From contig CAVRQT010000001.1 in assembly GCA_963723515.1 (NCBI GenBank), positions 89,969-153,968 on the forward strand: a stretch of DNA of 64,000 nt, given 5' to 3'. Every line of letters starts with the position of its first letter. Within the stretch, counting starts at the first letter, position 1. The stretch is from Vulcanimicrobiota bacterium. GTDB lineage: Bacteria; Vulcanimicrobiota; Vulcanimicrobiia; Vulcanimicrobiales; Vulcanimicrobiaceae. The notes beneath the pieces are model-generated. The model saw nothing but the letters and a program-made list of their open reading frames with translations. It ran no database searches and was not told the origin of the DNA. This document shows, piece by piece, positions 21,957-31,152 of the stretch. The position numbers were made by a program, and so were the translations under genes.

Positions 21957-22895
21957 TTAAGCGGAGCCCAACAACGCGTCCCAGTCGTTGAGGAAACGCT
22001 GCAAACTATACCGTGAAAGCGCCGCCTCGCGGGCGCGTTTTCCGGCCTCTCGCGCAACCTCGGGCTGACCGATGAATTGCGCGACGGCGTCTTGCAGCGC
22101 GCGAACGTCCGTGTCGATGAAAGCCGGCGTCGCGCGGGACGGCGCGCACCGTTTCCGTCGTGGCCAGTGCCACGACCGGCATACCGAGGTGCATCGCTTC
22201 AATCAGCGAGAGACCGAGCGACGTCCACCGGATCGGATGGATGTAGACGCGCCGCCGCGGCAGCTCTTCATGCAACGTCTCCTGCGGCAAGTTCTCGTGC
22301 ACCGAAATGCGCGGACCAGCAAGCCCGCGATCTTCATTCCGAAAAGGTCGACTGGCGCAATCTCGGCAAAGCGCGGAATCAAATCCGTGCCCGTCACGCG
22401 CGCTCGGCGCAGCGGCTCGTTGACCACGATCGCACCATGCGTGATCTCGCCGGTGTAGCGGTATCCCGGGTCGAGGACGCCGTGCTCGATCACCGCTGTT
22501 CGGGCAGCGCCGCAGTCCCAGAATAGGTCGTTGAAGTGCGTCACGTGGACGACTGTAACGTTCGGATCGTCGGCAGCGGGATGGCGCATTTCGTTGATGC
22601 GCCCTTGTGGACAATTGTGCTCCACATAAAAGGTCCGCACGTTTTGTTTGCCATCGAACCAACGCCGCCGTAGGTCAAGGTACTCTTCCGGACGTTGGAA
22701 GATGATCGCATCGAGCTTCAGATGCTTGATCTGCTCCGGCGTTACCTCAACGGCGGATGGGGGCCAATCCCACGTTTGTGCCCGGCCGCGTCCGGCCGCC
22801 CCACGGTCGGGAACCACCGGCAAATAGTATTGATGCTGACCCTGTACAAACGCCGTTGTCCAAGAGCCGTGAACATGCCATAAGAGGATGTTCAA
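21957..22895 (-). CDS. GT-B glycosyltransferase (indels near 22310 and 22145)
   Basis: MNILLWHVHGSWTTAFVQG, YVEHN, HVTHFNDLFWD, then HPIRWTSLGLSLIEAMHLGMPVVALATTE and RYSLQRFLNDWDALL. Confidence 0.82.
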
Positions 22896-22990
22896 ATTGT
22901 TTGAAAACGCACCGTCAGAACCGCTGCCTCCACCGTAGAATAAGATCGAGTAGACTGGTCTTAGGAGCAGACCGGCGAGGAATATGTGCC

Positions 22991-23278
22991 ATGCTCAATT
23001 CTATCAAGACAATAACTGAGCGACCTTCGAGGCCGATCAAAATCTTCGTGCGCCCGGAAGGCCGGCACTTTATCGCGTTGTGCGACCACCCGCAACTGAT
23101 TGTCGAGGGGCGAACGGAGACCGAAGCGATCGAGAAGACGAAGACGCTGGCCATGCGCGCGCTTTCGCGCTTCGGAAACGAAGAGCCGTCGCGATTGAGC
23201 TTCTTGATTCGTGCGAAAGACCTCCAGGTGGAGACGGTGACGCTCGAAATCAACCGGGGAACGCGAAACACAACCTAA
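22991..23278 (+). CDS. HicB-like domain small protein (orphan)
   Basis: FIALCDHPQLIVEGRTETEAIEK resembles the HicB N-terminal domain pattern (..G.T..EA..). Confidence 0.45.
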   Translation: MLNSIKTITERPSRPIKIFVRPEGRHFIALCDHPQLIVEGRTETEAIEKTKTLAMRALSRFGNEEPSRLSFLIRAKDLQVETVTLEINRGTRNTT

Positions 23279-23370
23279 CAGCGTTCCCGAGACATCCGCC
23301 CTGCAGCGGGTCGAAGGCTTACCGCATCGAAGCGCCATCGAAATGTCTCTCAAGAGGACTGGCGCTTGGC

Positions 23371-24955
23371 ATGAGTTTGTTGCTCGTTGCCTGCACGCGG
23401 GTGCAAACCGGCGGAGCGCCGACCGGCGCTCACGTGCTCAACATCGGCGCCGCGATCGCGCCAAATTCATTGAATCCGCTGCTCAATACTGAGGCAGTCG
23501 AAACGATGGTCGATCGCCTGATCTATGATCCGCTCGTCGTCACGAACGACAAAGGCAATCAATTGCCGGATTTGGCGGTGCAGGTGCCGTCTCAGCAAAA
23601 CGGCGGCATCAGCCGCGACGGCCGAACGATCACCTACAAACTTCGTCATGATGTCAAGTGGCAAGACGGCGTGCCGTTTACGAGTGAGGACGTGCGTTTC
23701 TCGTTCACTCAAGTCATGAATCCGAAGAACAACATCTCGACCAGAACCGGCTACGATGTCGTCGATCGTGTGACGACACCCGACAAGTACACCGTCGTCT
23801 TTCATCTGCGCCGGCCGTACGCCCCGATCGTCACGACGCTTTTCAGCAGTGGAAACGGGCCGGCGTTCGTCATCCCGGCGCATCTATTGCGCTCCTACCC
23901 CGACCTCAACAATGTTCCGTTCAATGCGAACCCCATCGGAACCGGGCCATACCGGATGACGCGTTGGCTGCGCGGCGACCACATCGAATTCGAAGCGAAC
24001 GCCAATTACTTCTTAGGGAAGCCGAAGATTCCGACGATCGTCGTTCGTTTCATTCCGGATGAAAATACGATGGTCAATCAGCTGCGCACGCATGAGCTCG
24101 ATTGGTTCTATTCAGCGAGCGAAGCATCGTATAGCGAATTGAAAACGGTTCCCAACATTCGCAACGTCATCTCGATTCAAAATTCGTACCGCGGCATGCT
24201 GATTAACACGGAGAGTCCGCTCGTGAGCGATCGGCGCGTGCGCCAAGCTATTGACTATGCGATCGATAAAGAGGCGATCGTTCACAAAGCAACCTACGGT
24301 GCTGCGCACGCGGCAACCGAGGATCTTCCCTCGTTTATGTGGGCGTACGACCCGCAGGTCCGCCGCTACAGCTACGATCCCGCGAAGGCAAAACAGCTGC
24401 TCGCAGACGCCGGCTGGAAACCGGGTCCTGACGGCGTGCTCGTCAAGGACGGCCGCCGCATGCAACTCGCCCTCGTGTTGCGGCAAGGCGCGGTGACCGA
24501 CACCGCAATGTCGGTGCTCGTTCAATCGTACTTGCGCGCTGTCGGAATCGAGACGTCGATTAAAACGTATCAGGGCTCCATGCTTTTCGGTGGTGCGACG
24601 AGCGGCATCTTGAGCGGCGCTCACTACGATATTGATTTAAGCGGCTTTGAATCGGGCGTTGATCCGGACAACTCCGCGCAATTCACGTGCGCCGCGCGGC
24701 CGCCGAACGGCTTTAACTGGTCGCGATACTGCACTCCTGAGATGGATGCCGCGCAGCAGCAAGCGTTGAGCTCCGTACGATCGCGGCGTTCGCAAAGCGG
24801 CATATGCAAAGATCGAAAGCCTCTTGGCGCGCGACGTTCCGCAAATTTTCTTCTACTGGCAACCGGAGATCGACGCGGTCAGTCCGGCGTTACAGCACTT
24901 TACCGGCGGTCCGTTCTATCCGAATTGGAACGTGCAGCAGTGGGAGTTGCGCTAG
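23371..24955 (+). CDS. peptide/nickel ABC transporter substrate-binding lipoprotein (family 5; indel near 24772)
   Basis: Lipobox LLVAC, SLNP, TITYKLRHDVKWQDGVPFTSEDV, PIGTGPY, VRQAIDYAIDK and YDPAKAKQLL. The true C-terminus is in the shifted frame, ending at TAG 24953-24955. Confidence 0.88.
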
Positions 24956-25053
24956 CGAACCTCTCGAGGAGTTCTTCCGACGCGCGGTGTGAGGAGTCTT
25001 CCAGAACGAGCAAGTATTAGAGCCGCTACCGGCATCGCCGGAGAGGAGGTCTT

Positions 25054-25597
25054 ATGACAGCTTTTCGACTCGGTTTATTCGCTATTGCTTTTTTTGCATT
25101 CGGTTCGACGGCGTTCGCGCAAGTTGAAAGCACGCCCGTTCCGGTTCAGCGCAAACCCGATTTCTCTAAGTTTATGACGGGCACGTTCACGTGCAGCGTG
25201 CGCAGCTCGAGACGTCCCGGCCCTTACGTCGTAACAAATACCGCGACCGTCGCCCCAGGCGGCTATTGGTTGGTCACGCGGTCGGTAACGCACAAAGCGT
25301 CGTGGATTCCCAATACCATCAGTGGAGAAGATCGCATTACCTACGATCCGTCAACATCGCGCTGGCTTGATATGAGCTATGATGATGCAGGCGGATACAA
25401 CGTTTCCACTTCGCCGGGCTGGCGAGGAAACTCAATCGTCTGGACCGACAGCTTGATTCAGAAAGCAAATAACACCGCCTCAACGAGCCCAACGACATGG
25501 ACAAGCGGTCAGCGCGACCAAGCTGACACAATCGAGCTCCTTCAAAGAACCGGGCGGCCGAGTGATCACCGTGAAGACGACCTGCACAAAAGGCTAA
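25054..25597 (+). CDS. hypothetical secreted protein; paralog of 13213-13767 (indel near 25505)
   Basis: RBS GGAGG, signal peptide, STPVP..FMTGTFTCS, ITYDPSTSRWLD..DDAGGY..STSPGWRGN, ending CTKG*. Confidence 0.65.
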
Positions 25598-25623
25598 GCC
25601 CGTAGCGCTCGCCGCCCTTCGCG

Positions 25624-25855
25624 ATGAACGGCTTATCAACGTTCGGTTTGGCGGCGGTCGGCGCGATGGCGCTTTTTTACGCGTTGGAAAATCGAGGGCC
25701 GGCGTTTACGCTGGCCTTCGCTCTTGCATGCATTGCCGCATCGGTTTACGGGTTTCTCGCGGGCACCTGGCCTTTTGGAATCGTTGAAGCGCTCTGGGCG
25801 CTCTTAGCAGTCTATCGCTGGCGAAACCGCATTACTGCTGCCGCGGTCGGCTTGA
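25624..25855 (+). CDS. small membrane protein (~75 aa; 3' end uncertain)
   Basis: Hydrophobic FYALE...SVYGFLAGTWPFGIVEALWAL. The ORF as called reads far into hdeD, probably because of a 1-nt error. Confidence 0.55.
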
Positions 25856-26378
25856 GCGCTCTCAAGCGGAAGCTAAGGGCGATTTGCAAGAGTCCGAATA
25901 CGATCGCATACGATGCGATCAGCCAAACAACAGCTAGTGCTCCGACTGCCGGATTGCGTAAAACGAGTGCTCCGAAGATGATCGATGCAATTCCGGCCAA
26001 GATGTACAGAATCTCGTCGGCGATGACGTGCCGAAAACGAATGCCGGCAACGATCTCGATGACGCCGGTCACGATCGCCCAAAAGGCGATGACATACACG
26101 AGCAGCGCGGCGCTATAGAGCGGATAGAGCCAGATCAAGATCCCTAAGATGATGCCGACCGCACCTTCGAAGATCAACCATCCGCGATGCGCCGCGCCGG
26201 CGTGTGAAAATGCTGCCACAAGCGCAAAGATCCCGTCCACGAGCGCATACGCGCCGATCAAAATGGCGAGCACCAGCAATGTGATGCCGGGCCACAAGAA
26301 CGCCAAGACGCCGAATAAGACGCCGGCAATACCGCGAACCAGAAATGCCCACCAATTGCGAGCCAACACATCAATCAC
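25812..26378 (-). CDS. HdeD/DUF308 family membrane protein
   Basis: NWWAFLVRGIAGVLFG..WPG.T...GAYALVDG and WAIVTGVIEI; about 6 TM helices. Confidence 0.88.
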   Translation of the reverse strand: MIDVLARNWWAFLVRGIAGVLFGVLAFLWPGITLLVLAILIGAYALVDGIFALVAAFSHAGAAHRGWLIFEGAVGIILGILIWLYPLYSAALLVYVIAFWAIVTGVIEIVAGIRFRHVIADEILYILAGIASIIFGALVLRNPAVGALAVVWLIASYAIVFGLLQIALSFRLRALKPTAAAVMRFRQR

Positions 26379-26511
26379 GCGCTCTCTCCTCCAAGGGTCA
26401 TTCTATCACGCGGCGTTTCGGCAGAATCTTGATTTGGCTTTCGCAGGCGATGCAAGACTGATCCGCAATACGCGGTTCTTTCGCCTTTTGGCTAAGGAAG
26501 GAGCTTCTTTG

Positions 26512-26850
26512 ATGCGTCAATTCCTAGCAATGGTCGCCTTTTTCGCTTGCACCGCGGCCGCTGTTCAAGCGGCGACTTTAGAGATCCAGAATCAAACCGA
26601 CTGGCAAATCGACAACGTCTATATTTCGCCGAGTTCGGCGACGCGCTTCGTGCCCTATGATTATCTGGGCGCAAGCGGCGTTATTCGGCCCGGCCAGACT
26701 CGCATGGTCGAATGGGTTGCCCGCGATACTTGCCTGTGGGACTTCCGCGTGCGCTTCCACGGCCGCCACAACTATGCGACGACATACAAGAACGACATGT
26801 GCAAGTTCAATCGTCCGATTTGGAAAATCGCGCCTTCGGATATTCGCTAA
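26512..26850 (+). CDS. small secreted beta-sandwich-like hypothetical protein
   Basis: RBS AAGGAG, signal peptide ending VQA, IQNQTDWQIDNVYISP...C.WD.RV...DMC. Confidence 0.6.
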   Translation: MRQFLAMVAFFACTAAAVQAATLEIQNQTDWQIDNVYISPSSATRFVPYDYLGASGVIRPGQTRMVEWVARDTCLWDFRVRFHGRHNYATTYKNDMCKFNRPIWKIAPSDIR

Positions 26851-26872
26851 TATGGCGCAGCGCCACCGCTGA

Positions 26873-27652
26873 CTAAGAGATGCCGGCTAACGCGTGCGGC
26901 AGCCATACCGGATGCGCGACGATCAGCACCGCCCATACGATGAGCACAATACCGACGGCGGGCACGATCCGCTTGCCGTGCGCGCCGATCTTTTCGTAAA
27001 CCATCAGCGCGGTGAGCGCAGCCATCCACCACAGATTGGCAAAACCCGCCGCAAAACTGACCAACATCAGCGCCCAGCAGCAGCCGACGCAGAATAATCC
27101 GTGATCGCGGCCGAGCGCAAATGCCGCGGCGACTCCGCGGCGGTAATGTTGCAGTAAGTACACGCCGGGAAGCCGGCACTTAGTCAAGCAGGCGTCTTTG
27201 AGTTTGGAGAATTGAAATGCGCCCGCAATCGCGAGCACGCCGGCGGCGATGAGCCAGGGATGCGCTGCCAGCCAACTCCACCGATCGACGAGGCGATGGA
27301 CGACGATATCGCCGCAGAAAGCGGCAACGCCGAACCCCGTCCAGACCGCCACATAGCCGCCAAGAAACGCGGTCATTACCGTGCCGCGGTTAGGTTGAGT
27401 TGCCGATGTCGTCGCAAACATCCGCATCAGCGGAAGGCTTGAGGGCAGCATCATGGCGGCGATCATTGCTTGCCAGGCGAGCACGAACAGCAGAAGAGCG
27501 ACCCAAATCGGCAGGCCGCCTTCGATCAGCGTATCGTGGTGGACGAGTCTGCCGGAGCCGCTGATCTGCGCTACGATCGCCAGTGCCCAAGCCGCGGCGA
27601 TCGCAGCGATGATCAGAGGAGAGATTCCGCCGACGCGTGCCGCGCCGAGCAT
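26873..27652 (-). CDS. DUF2182 predicted metal-binding integral membrane protein
   Basis: MIAAMMLPS, QFSKLKDACLTKCRLP, G..HGLFCVGCCWALM and WMAALT..M..EK. Confidence 0.88.
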   Translation of the reverse strand: MLGAARVGGISPLIIAAIAAAWALAIVAQISGSGRLVHHDTLIEGGLPIWVALLLFVLAWQAMIAAMMLPSSLPLMRMFATTSATQPNRGTVMTAFLGGYVAVWTGFGVAAFCGDIVVHRLVDRWSWLAAHPWLIAAGVLAIAGAFQFSKLKDACLTKCRLPGVYLLQHYRRGVAAAFALGRDHGLFCVGCCWALMLVSFAAGFANLWWMAALTALMVYEKIGAHGKRIVPAVGIVLIVWAVLIVAHPVWLPHALAGIS

Positions 27653-27654
27653 CT

Positions 27655-28320
27655 CTAGCCCGAGTAGTTTATGACGTAATCGCCCTGGATCGCGTTGCGG
27701 TCTTTAAAGGACCACACCATCTTATGTTGCGGGATGTTGACTTCGTGCTTCTTCGCTTTCGCAACATATGCCGGCGAGCCGGGAATCGTCGAAAAGATCG
27801 AGTCGCGCAGCGTTGTGATGACGTTCTGTCCGGAACGATAGGGCTCCATGTCTGCTTCGATCATGTCGCCGACTTTGAGCGTGCCTTCGCCGCCGCGGAC
27901 TTGATGCGAGATCGGCACTCGCTCGACGCCGATTACTTCGCCGACCAGTTGCGCAAGATCCGCAAGCGGACCGCCGAGTTTTCCGGAGTACGCGTCTTGC
28001 AGCGCCTGCAGTTGCTCATCGGTCGCGTCGTCATCGACGAGCATCAACACCTTCCAAGTGTGCGGCGCTAAAACGTTGCCGGGAATCTTGCAGACGTTGA
28101 CCATCGAAAGTCCGCTGATGTCGACGCCGTTGATCTTTCCTTTGTCAAAGTGGTACGCGACGAATGCGTCGCAGGTGCCCTTGTCCGGATCTTCGCCGAT
28201 CCAACACGGGCAAAGCACGTTGCATGAACACGCTTCCAAGAGCGTCCCTTGAAGACTGTAGACGGTGCCCTCGGTTCCGGGTTTGACTTGCGTTGCAGTC
28301 GTGGATTGCGTGGTGGTCAT
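27655..28320 (-). CDS. DUF1326 domain protein
   Basis: LLEACSCNVLCPCW..DPDKGTC, G.INGVDISGL, PGN and VDDDATDEQ..AL...SGKLGGP. Start at ATG 28320 with an AG-rich RBS. Confidence 0.88.
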   Translation of the reverse strand: MTTTQSTTATQVKPGTEGTVYSLQGTLLEACSCNVLCPCWIGEDPDKGTCDAFVAYHFDKGKINGVDISGLSMVNVCKIPGNVLAPHTWKVLMLVDDDATDEQLQALQDAYSGKLGGPLADLAQLVGEVIGVERVPISHQVRGGEGTLKVGDMIEADMEPYRSGQNVITTLRDSIFSTIPGSPAYVAKAKKHEVNIPQHKMVWSFKDRNAIQGDYVINYSG

Positions 28321-28435
28321 ATGCCTCTCGCTCCTCTCTAGAGCTGGACGAAACACGTAAAGTGAGTCGGAAATACGGGCTGCCCGAAAGCAGCCTGTGG
28401 AATGCTCGACTGTCCTCTGTCGGAGTATCATAGCA
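28321..28435 (-). promoter_or_regulatory. extended -10 promoter and structured 5' leader of the DUF1326-DUF2182 operon
   Basis: TGcTATGAT at 28435-28427, followed by nested pairings ending in the hairpin GGCTGCT-TTCG-GGCAGCC. Confidence 0.45.
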
Positions 28436-28464
28436 CTCTTGAAGCATGGGGACGAGCCACCACG

Positions 28465-29649
28465 CTAGCGGCGGCCGCCGGCCATCTTCACCGCTTCCGG
28501 CCGCCGCCTCAACGCCAGCATCGAGCACGCGCCAAGCGCCGGGCCGATCGCCAAGAGCGCGAAGGCGTGCTGCCAGCCGAAGCGGATGTGGGCGACGCCG
28601 ATCAGCCAAATCGTCGCCAGCGTAATCAAGAAACCGACGCCCATCTGCAACGTCAGCGCGGTGCCGACGTACGCGCTTTCCGCGAGCTCGGTCACGGCCG
28701 CCGAAAATTGGGCGGAATCCGCGATGACCGAAAATCCCCAAATGACCAGCGCCGTGAACACGATCCACGGCGCCATCCCAAAGGTGAAGCCGATCGTCAG
28801 CGACAGCGTTCCGCTCACAATCATTGCGGCCGCCGCAACGGCCGCTCGCCCGAGTCGATCCGCGAGAATGCCGGCGATCGTGCATCCGATGGCGCCGACG
28901 ACGCCGAAGGCGATGAAGATGTAGGGGCCGGCATGCGCTTGCGATCCGAACGCAAGCAGACTGGCCTGAAAGAACACCGGCGCCCACGCCCACGCCGCAT
29001 AGAGCTCCCACATATGGCCCCAATAGCCGCAGTCTGCAAGCAGTACGGCGCGATCGTTAAGAATGCGGGGGACGGCGTTCAGCTCGAACTTCGTTAATGG
29101 AAGTGCGACCGGCGGCCGCGGCAACAACGAGATCAGCGGAATGCCGAATACGGCAAGCGCGCTCGAACCGATCATTACCGTCTGCCAATTGATCGCTGCG
29201 CCCGACAAGAGATGCGGTGAAAAGGAGCCGAGCGTCAATGCTCCGATGAGGATTCCCGTCGCAAGGCCGCGTTTTGTTGAAAACCATGCGCTGAGGAGTT
29301 TGACCGCCGGCGGATACACGATCGCCAAGCCAGCGCCCGTCAAGAAGCGCAACAAGAGCGCCGCCGGCAGCGAGTGCGTGAAGGTGATCAGCACGTTCGC
29401 GAGCGCAGCGATAAGCATGCCGAAACGCATGAGAGTCTTTGGCTGGATTACGTCGGGCAATGCGATGACCGAGCTGCCGATCGCGCCCGTTACAAAACCG
29501 AGCTGCACGGCAGAGGTGATCCATCCCTGATTTTGCGGCGCGATGTTGAAAGCAGCTGATACTTTGCCGATGACCGCGGTTGCCGAAAACCAGGTTGCCA
29601 TCGCAAGAACATTTGCGCCCGCTATAATGGCGAGCGCTCGCCACCGCAT
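28465..29649 (-). CDS. MFS transporter
   Basis: About 12 TM helices, WFSATAV, LRFLTG..LA.VYPP, YWGHMWELYA, GILADRLGR and ADSAQFSA. Confidence 0.9.
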   Translation of the reverse strand: MRWRALAIIAGANVLAMATWFSATAVIGKVSAAFNIAPQNQGWITSAVQLGFVTGAIGSSVIALPDVIQPKTLMRFGMLIAALANVLITFTHSLPAALLLRFLTGAGLAIVYPPAVKLLSAWFSTKRGLATGILIGALTLGSFSPHLLSGAAINWQTVMIGSSALAVFGIPLISLLPRPPVALPLTKFELNAVPRILNDRAVLLADCGYWGHMWELYAAWAWAPVFFQASLLAFGSQAHAGPYIFIAFGVVGAIGCTIAGILADRLGRAAVAAAAMIVSGTLSLTIGFTFGMAPWIVFTALVIWGFSVIADSAQFSAAVTELAESAYVGTALTLQMGVGFLITLATIWLIGVAHIRFGWQHAFALLAIGPALGACSMLALRRRPEAVKMAGGRR

Positions 29650-29725
29650 TTAAGTTGCTCTCTATAGCCCTCTCTGAGTCGTTCCGAATGGAACGTGCGC
29701 CGGGGTTAACAGCGTCCATCCGCCG

Positions 29726-30625
29726 TTGCCAATGGAAAGCAGCACGCGCTGCGCACTGGCTTCGGTCAGCAAGCAGTTCACATCCGCTGCGGCCTATCTG
29801 CTGCAGCAGCGCGGGAAACTCTCGCTGGACAAGCCGCTCGCAACCTATGTGCCGACCTACGTCCTCGGACCTCAAATGACGTTGCGTCAAGCGCTCACGA
29901 TGCGCTCGGGCATGACTTCAAATGATGAAGCGTGTGAAGGGCCGATCGACGGCAAGATCGACGACGGAACCTTGATCGCCAATCTCAACAAACGGAAGCT
30001 CGATTTTCCGCCCGGCCGGTACTTTGCGTACAGCAACTGCGCGTACGACATGGTGGGCGCTGCAGTCGCTAACGTCGCGCAGATGAGCTACAAGCGCTTT
30101 ATTGAGGAAAATTTCTTCCGGCCGCTCGGAATGACATCATCCTACGTGCTGCGCTCCCGAAGTGATGCGAATTTCGCGCAAGGGTACGCGCCGCAAGGCA
30201 ACGGCTGGAAGGCAGAACCCGCATCAGCGGCTGACGCGGCATTTGCCTCCGGAAATCTCGTTTCGACAGTAGGCGATGTGCAGCGGTGGAACCGATCGTT
30301 GCTCAACCATACGATCCTCACACCGCAAACGTTGGATGAGATCTTCAAGGTGCCGACCACGAGCGGTAGCGCACACATGCATTACGCGAGCGGCTGGTTT
30401 GTCGAACCGTCCGGATTGGCTTGGCATGGCGGAACGCTTGCGGGCTACGGTACCCTCAACATGCTCATTCGGTCAACGGGACACGCGATTACGCTGCTGA
30501 GCAACACGCCGGCGCAGAAGACCTGGAAGCCCGAAGAAGTGGGTCGCGCGATGTACAACGCCGCTGCACTCGGGCCGGCGCTGCCGCCGTTCTTGAAGCG
30601 CGCCCGCACGACGGCATCGCAGTAA
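29726..30625 (+). CDS. serine hydrolase / beta-lactamase class C-like (appears N-terminally truncated)
   Basis: SVSK, YSN and HGG motifs. The frame is closed by TGA at 29675 only about 27 codons before SxxK. Confidence 0.75.
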   Translation: MPMESSTRCALASVSKQFTSAAAYLLQQRGKLSLDKPLATYVPTYVLGPQMTLRQALTMRSGMTSNDEACEGPIDGKIDDGTLIANLNKRKLDFPPGRYFAYSNCAYDMVGAAVANVAQMSYKRFIEENFFRPLGMTSSYVLRSRSDANFAQGYAPQGNGWKAEPASAADAAFASGNLVSTVGDVQRWNRSLLNHTILTPQTLDEIFKVPTTSGSAHMHYASGWFVEPSGLAWHGGTLAGYGTLNMLIRSTGHAITLLSNTPAQKTWKPEEVGRAMYNAAALGPALPPFLKRARTTASQ

Positions 30626-30639
30626 CGATTGATTAAAAG

Positions 30640-31152
30640 ATGAAACTTCTTGTACCGCTGGCAGTGCTGATCGTCGCGGCCGCTGCGGCAGCGCTGGGCG
30701 CCACGCTTCCACAGAAAATCGTAATCTCGCGGACGGTCGTGAATCGTTACTTTCCCGAAGTGACGCGCGTTGCGTTTACCGGCGCAAACTCGACGGCCGT
30801 CGGCAAAACAACGGCAACGCGCAGCGTCATCTACGCGAACGGCAGTGCATCGAAGAAAGTTACGATTACGGTCGATCGGTACGCGTCGTCAGGCGACGCG
30901 ATCTCCGCCTACGCGCAAGCGTTGAAGAAGAGCAATATCCCCGGTTTCAAGCCACTTTCCGTGCCGAGCATTGGGGAGCGGTCCTTCGGCGGCACCGTAA
31001 GCCGGGGTCAGGAAACGCACGTCGGCATCGGTTCGCTCGACGGTAAGCTGATTGTCGGAGCGACGATCGCGGGCTACGCCGCGACGCGAAGCAATATCAC
31101 GAAGCTCGTTTCCATCCTTCGCGCCGAGCACGCAATCGCTAAAGCGCTATAA
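30640..31152 (+). CDS. hypothetical secreted protein
   Basis: ATG with hydrophobic signal peptide; fills the gap between flanking genes. Confidence 0.6.
   Translation: MKLLVPLAVLIVAAAAAALGATLPQKIVISRTVVNRYFPEVTRVAFTGANSTAVGKTTATRSVIYANGSASKKVTITVDRYASSGDAISAYAQALKKSNIPGFKPLSVPSIGERSFGGTVSRGQETHVGIGSLDGKLIVGATIAGYAATRSNITKLVSILRAEHAIAKAL

Noticed and set aside
25624..26378. Long antisense overlap between the small membrane protein ORF and hdeD
   Set aside because: Removing one base near 25835 gives both genes natural stops (TGA at about 25855 on plus, TAA at about 25832 on minus), so a sequencing error is likely.
28345..28415. Hammerhead ribozyme suggested by GGACGAAAC on the plus strand
   Set aside because: The required CUGAnGA core is absent. 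The structure fits the minus-strand leader better.
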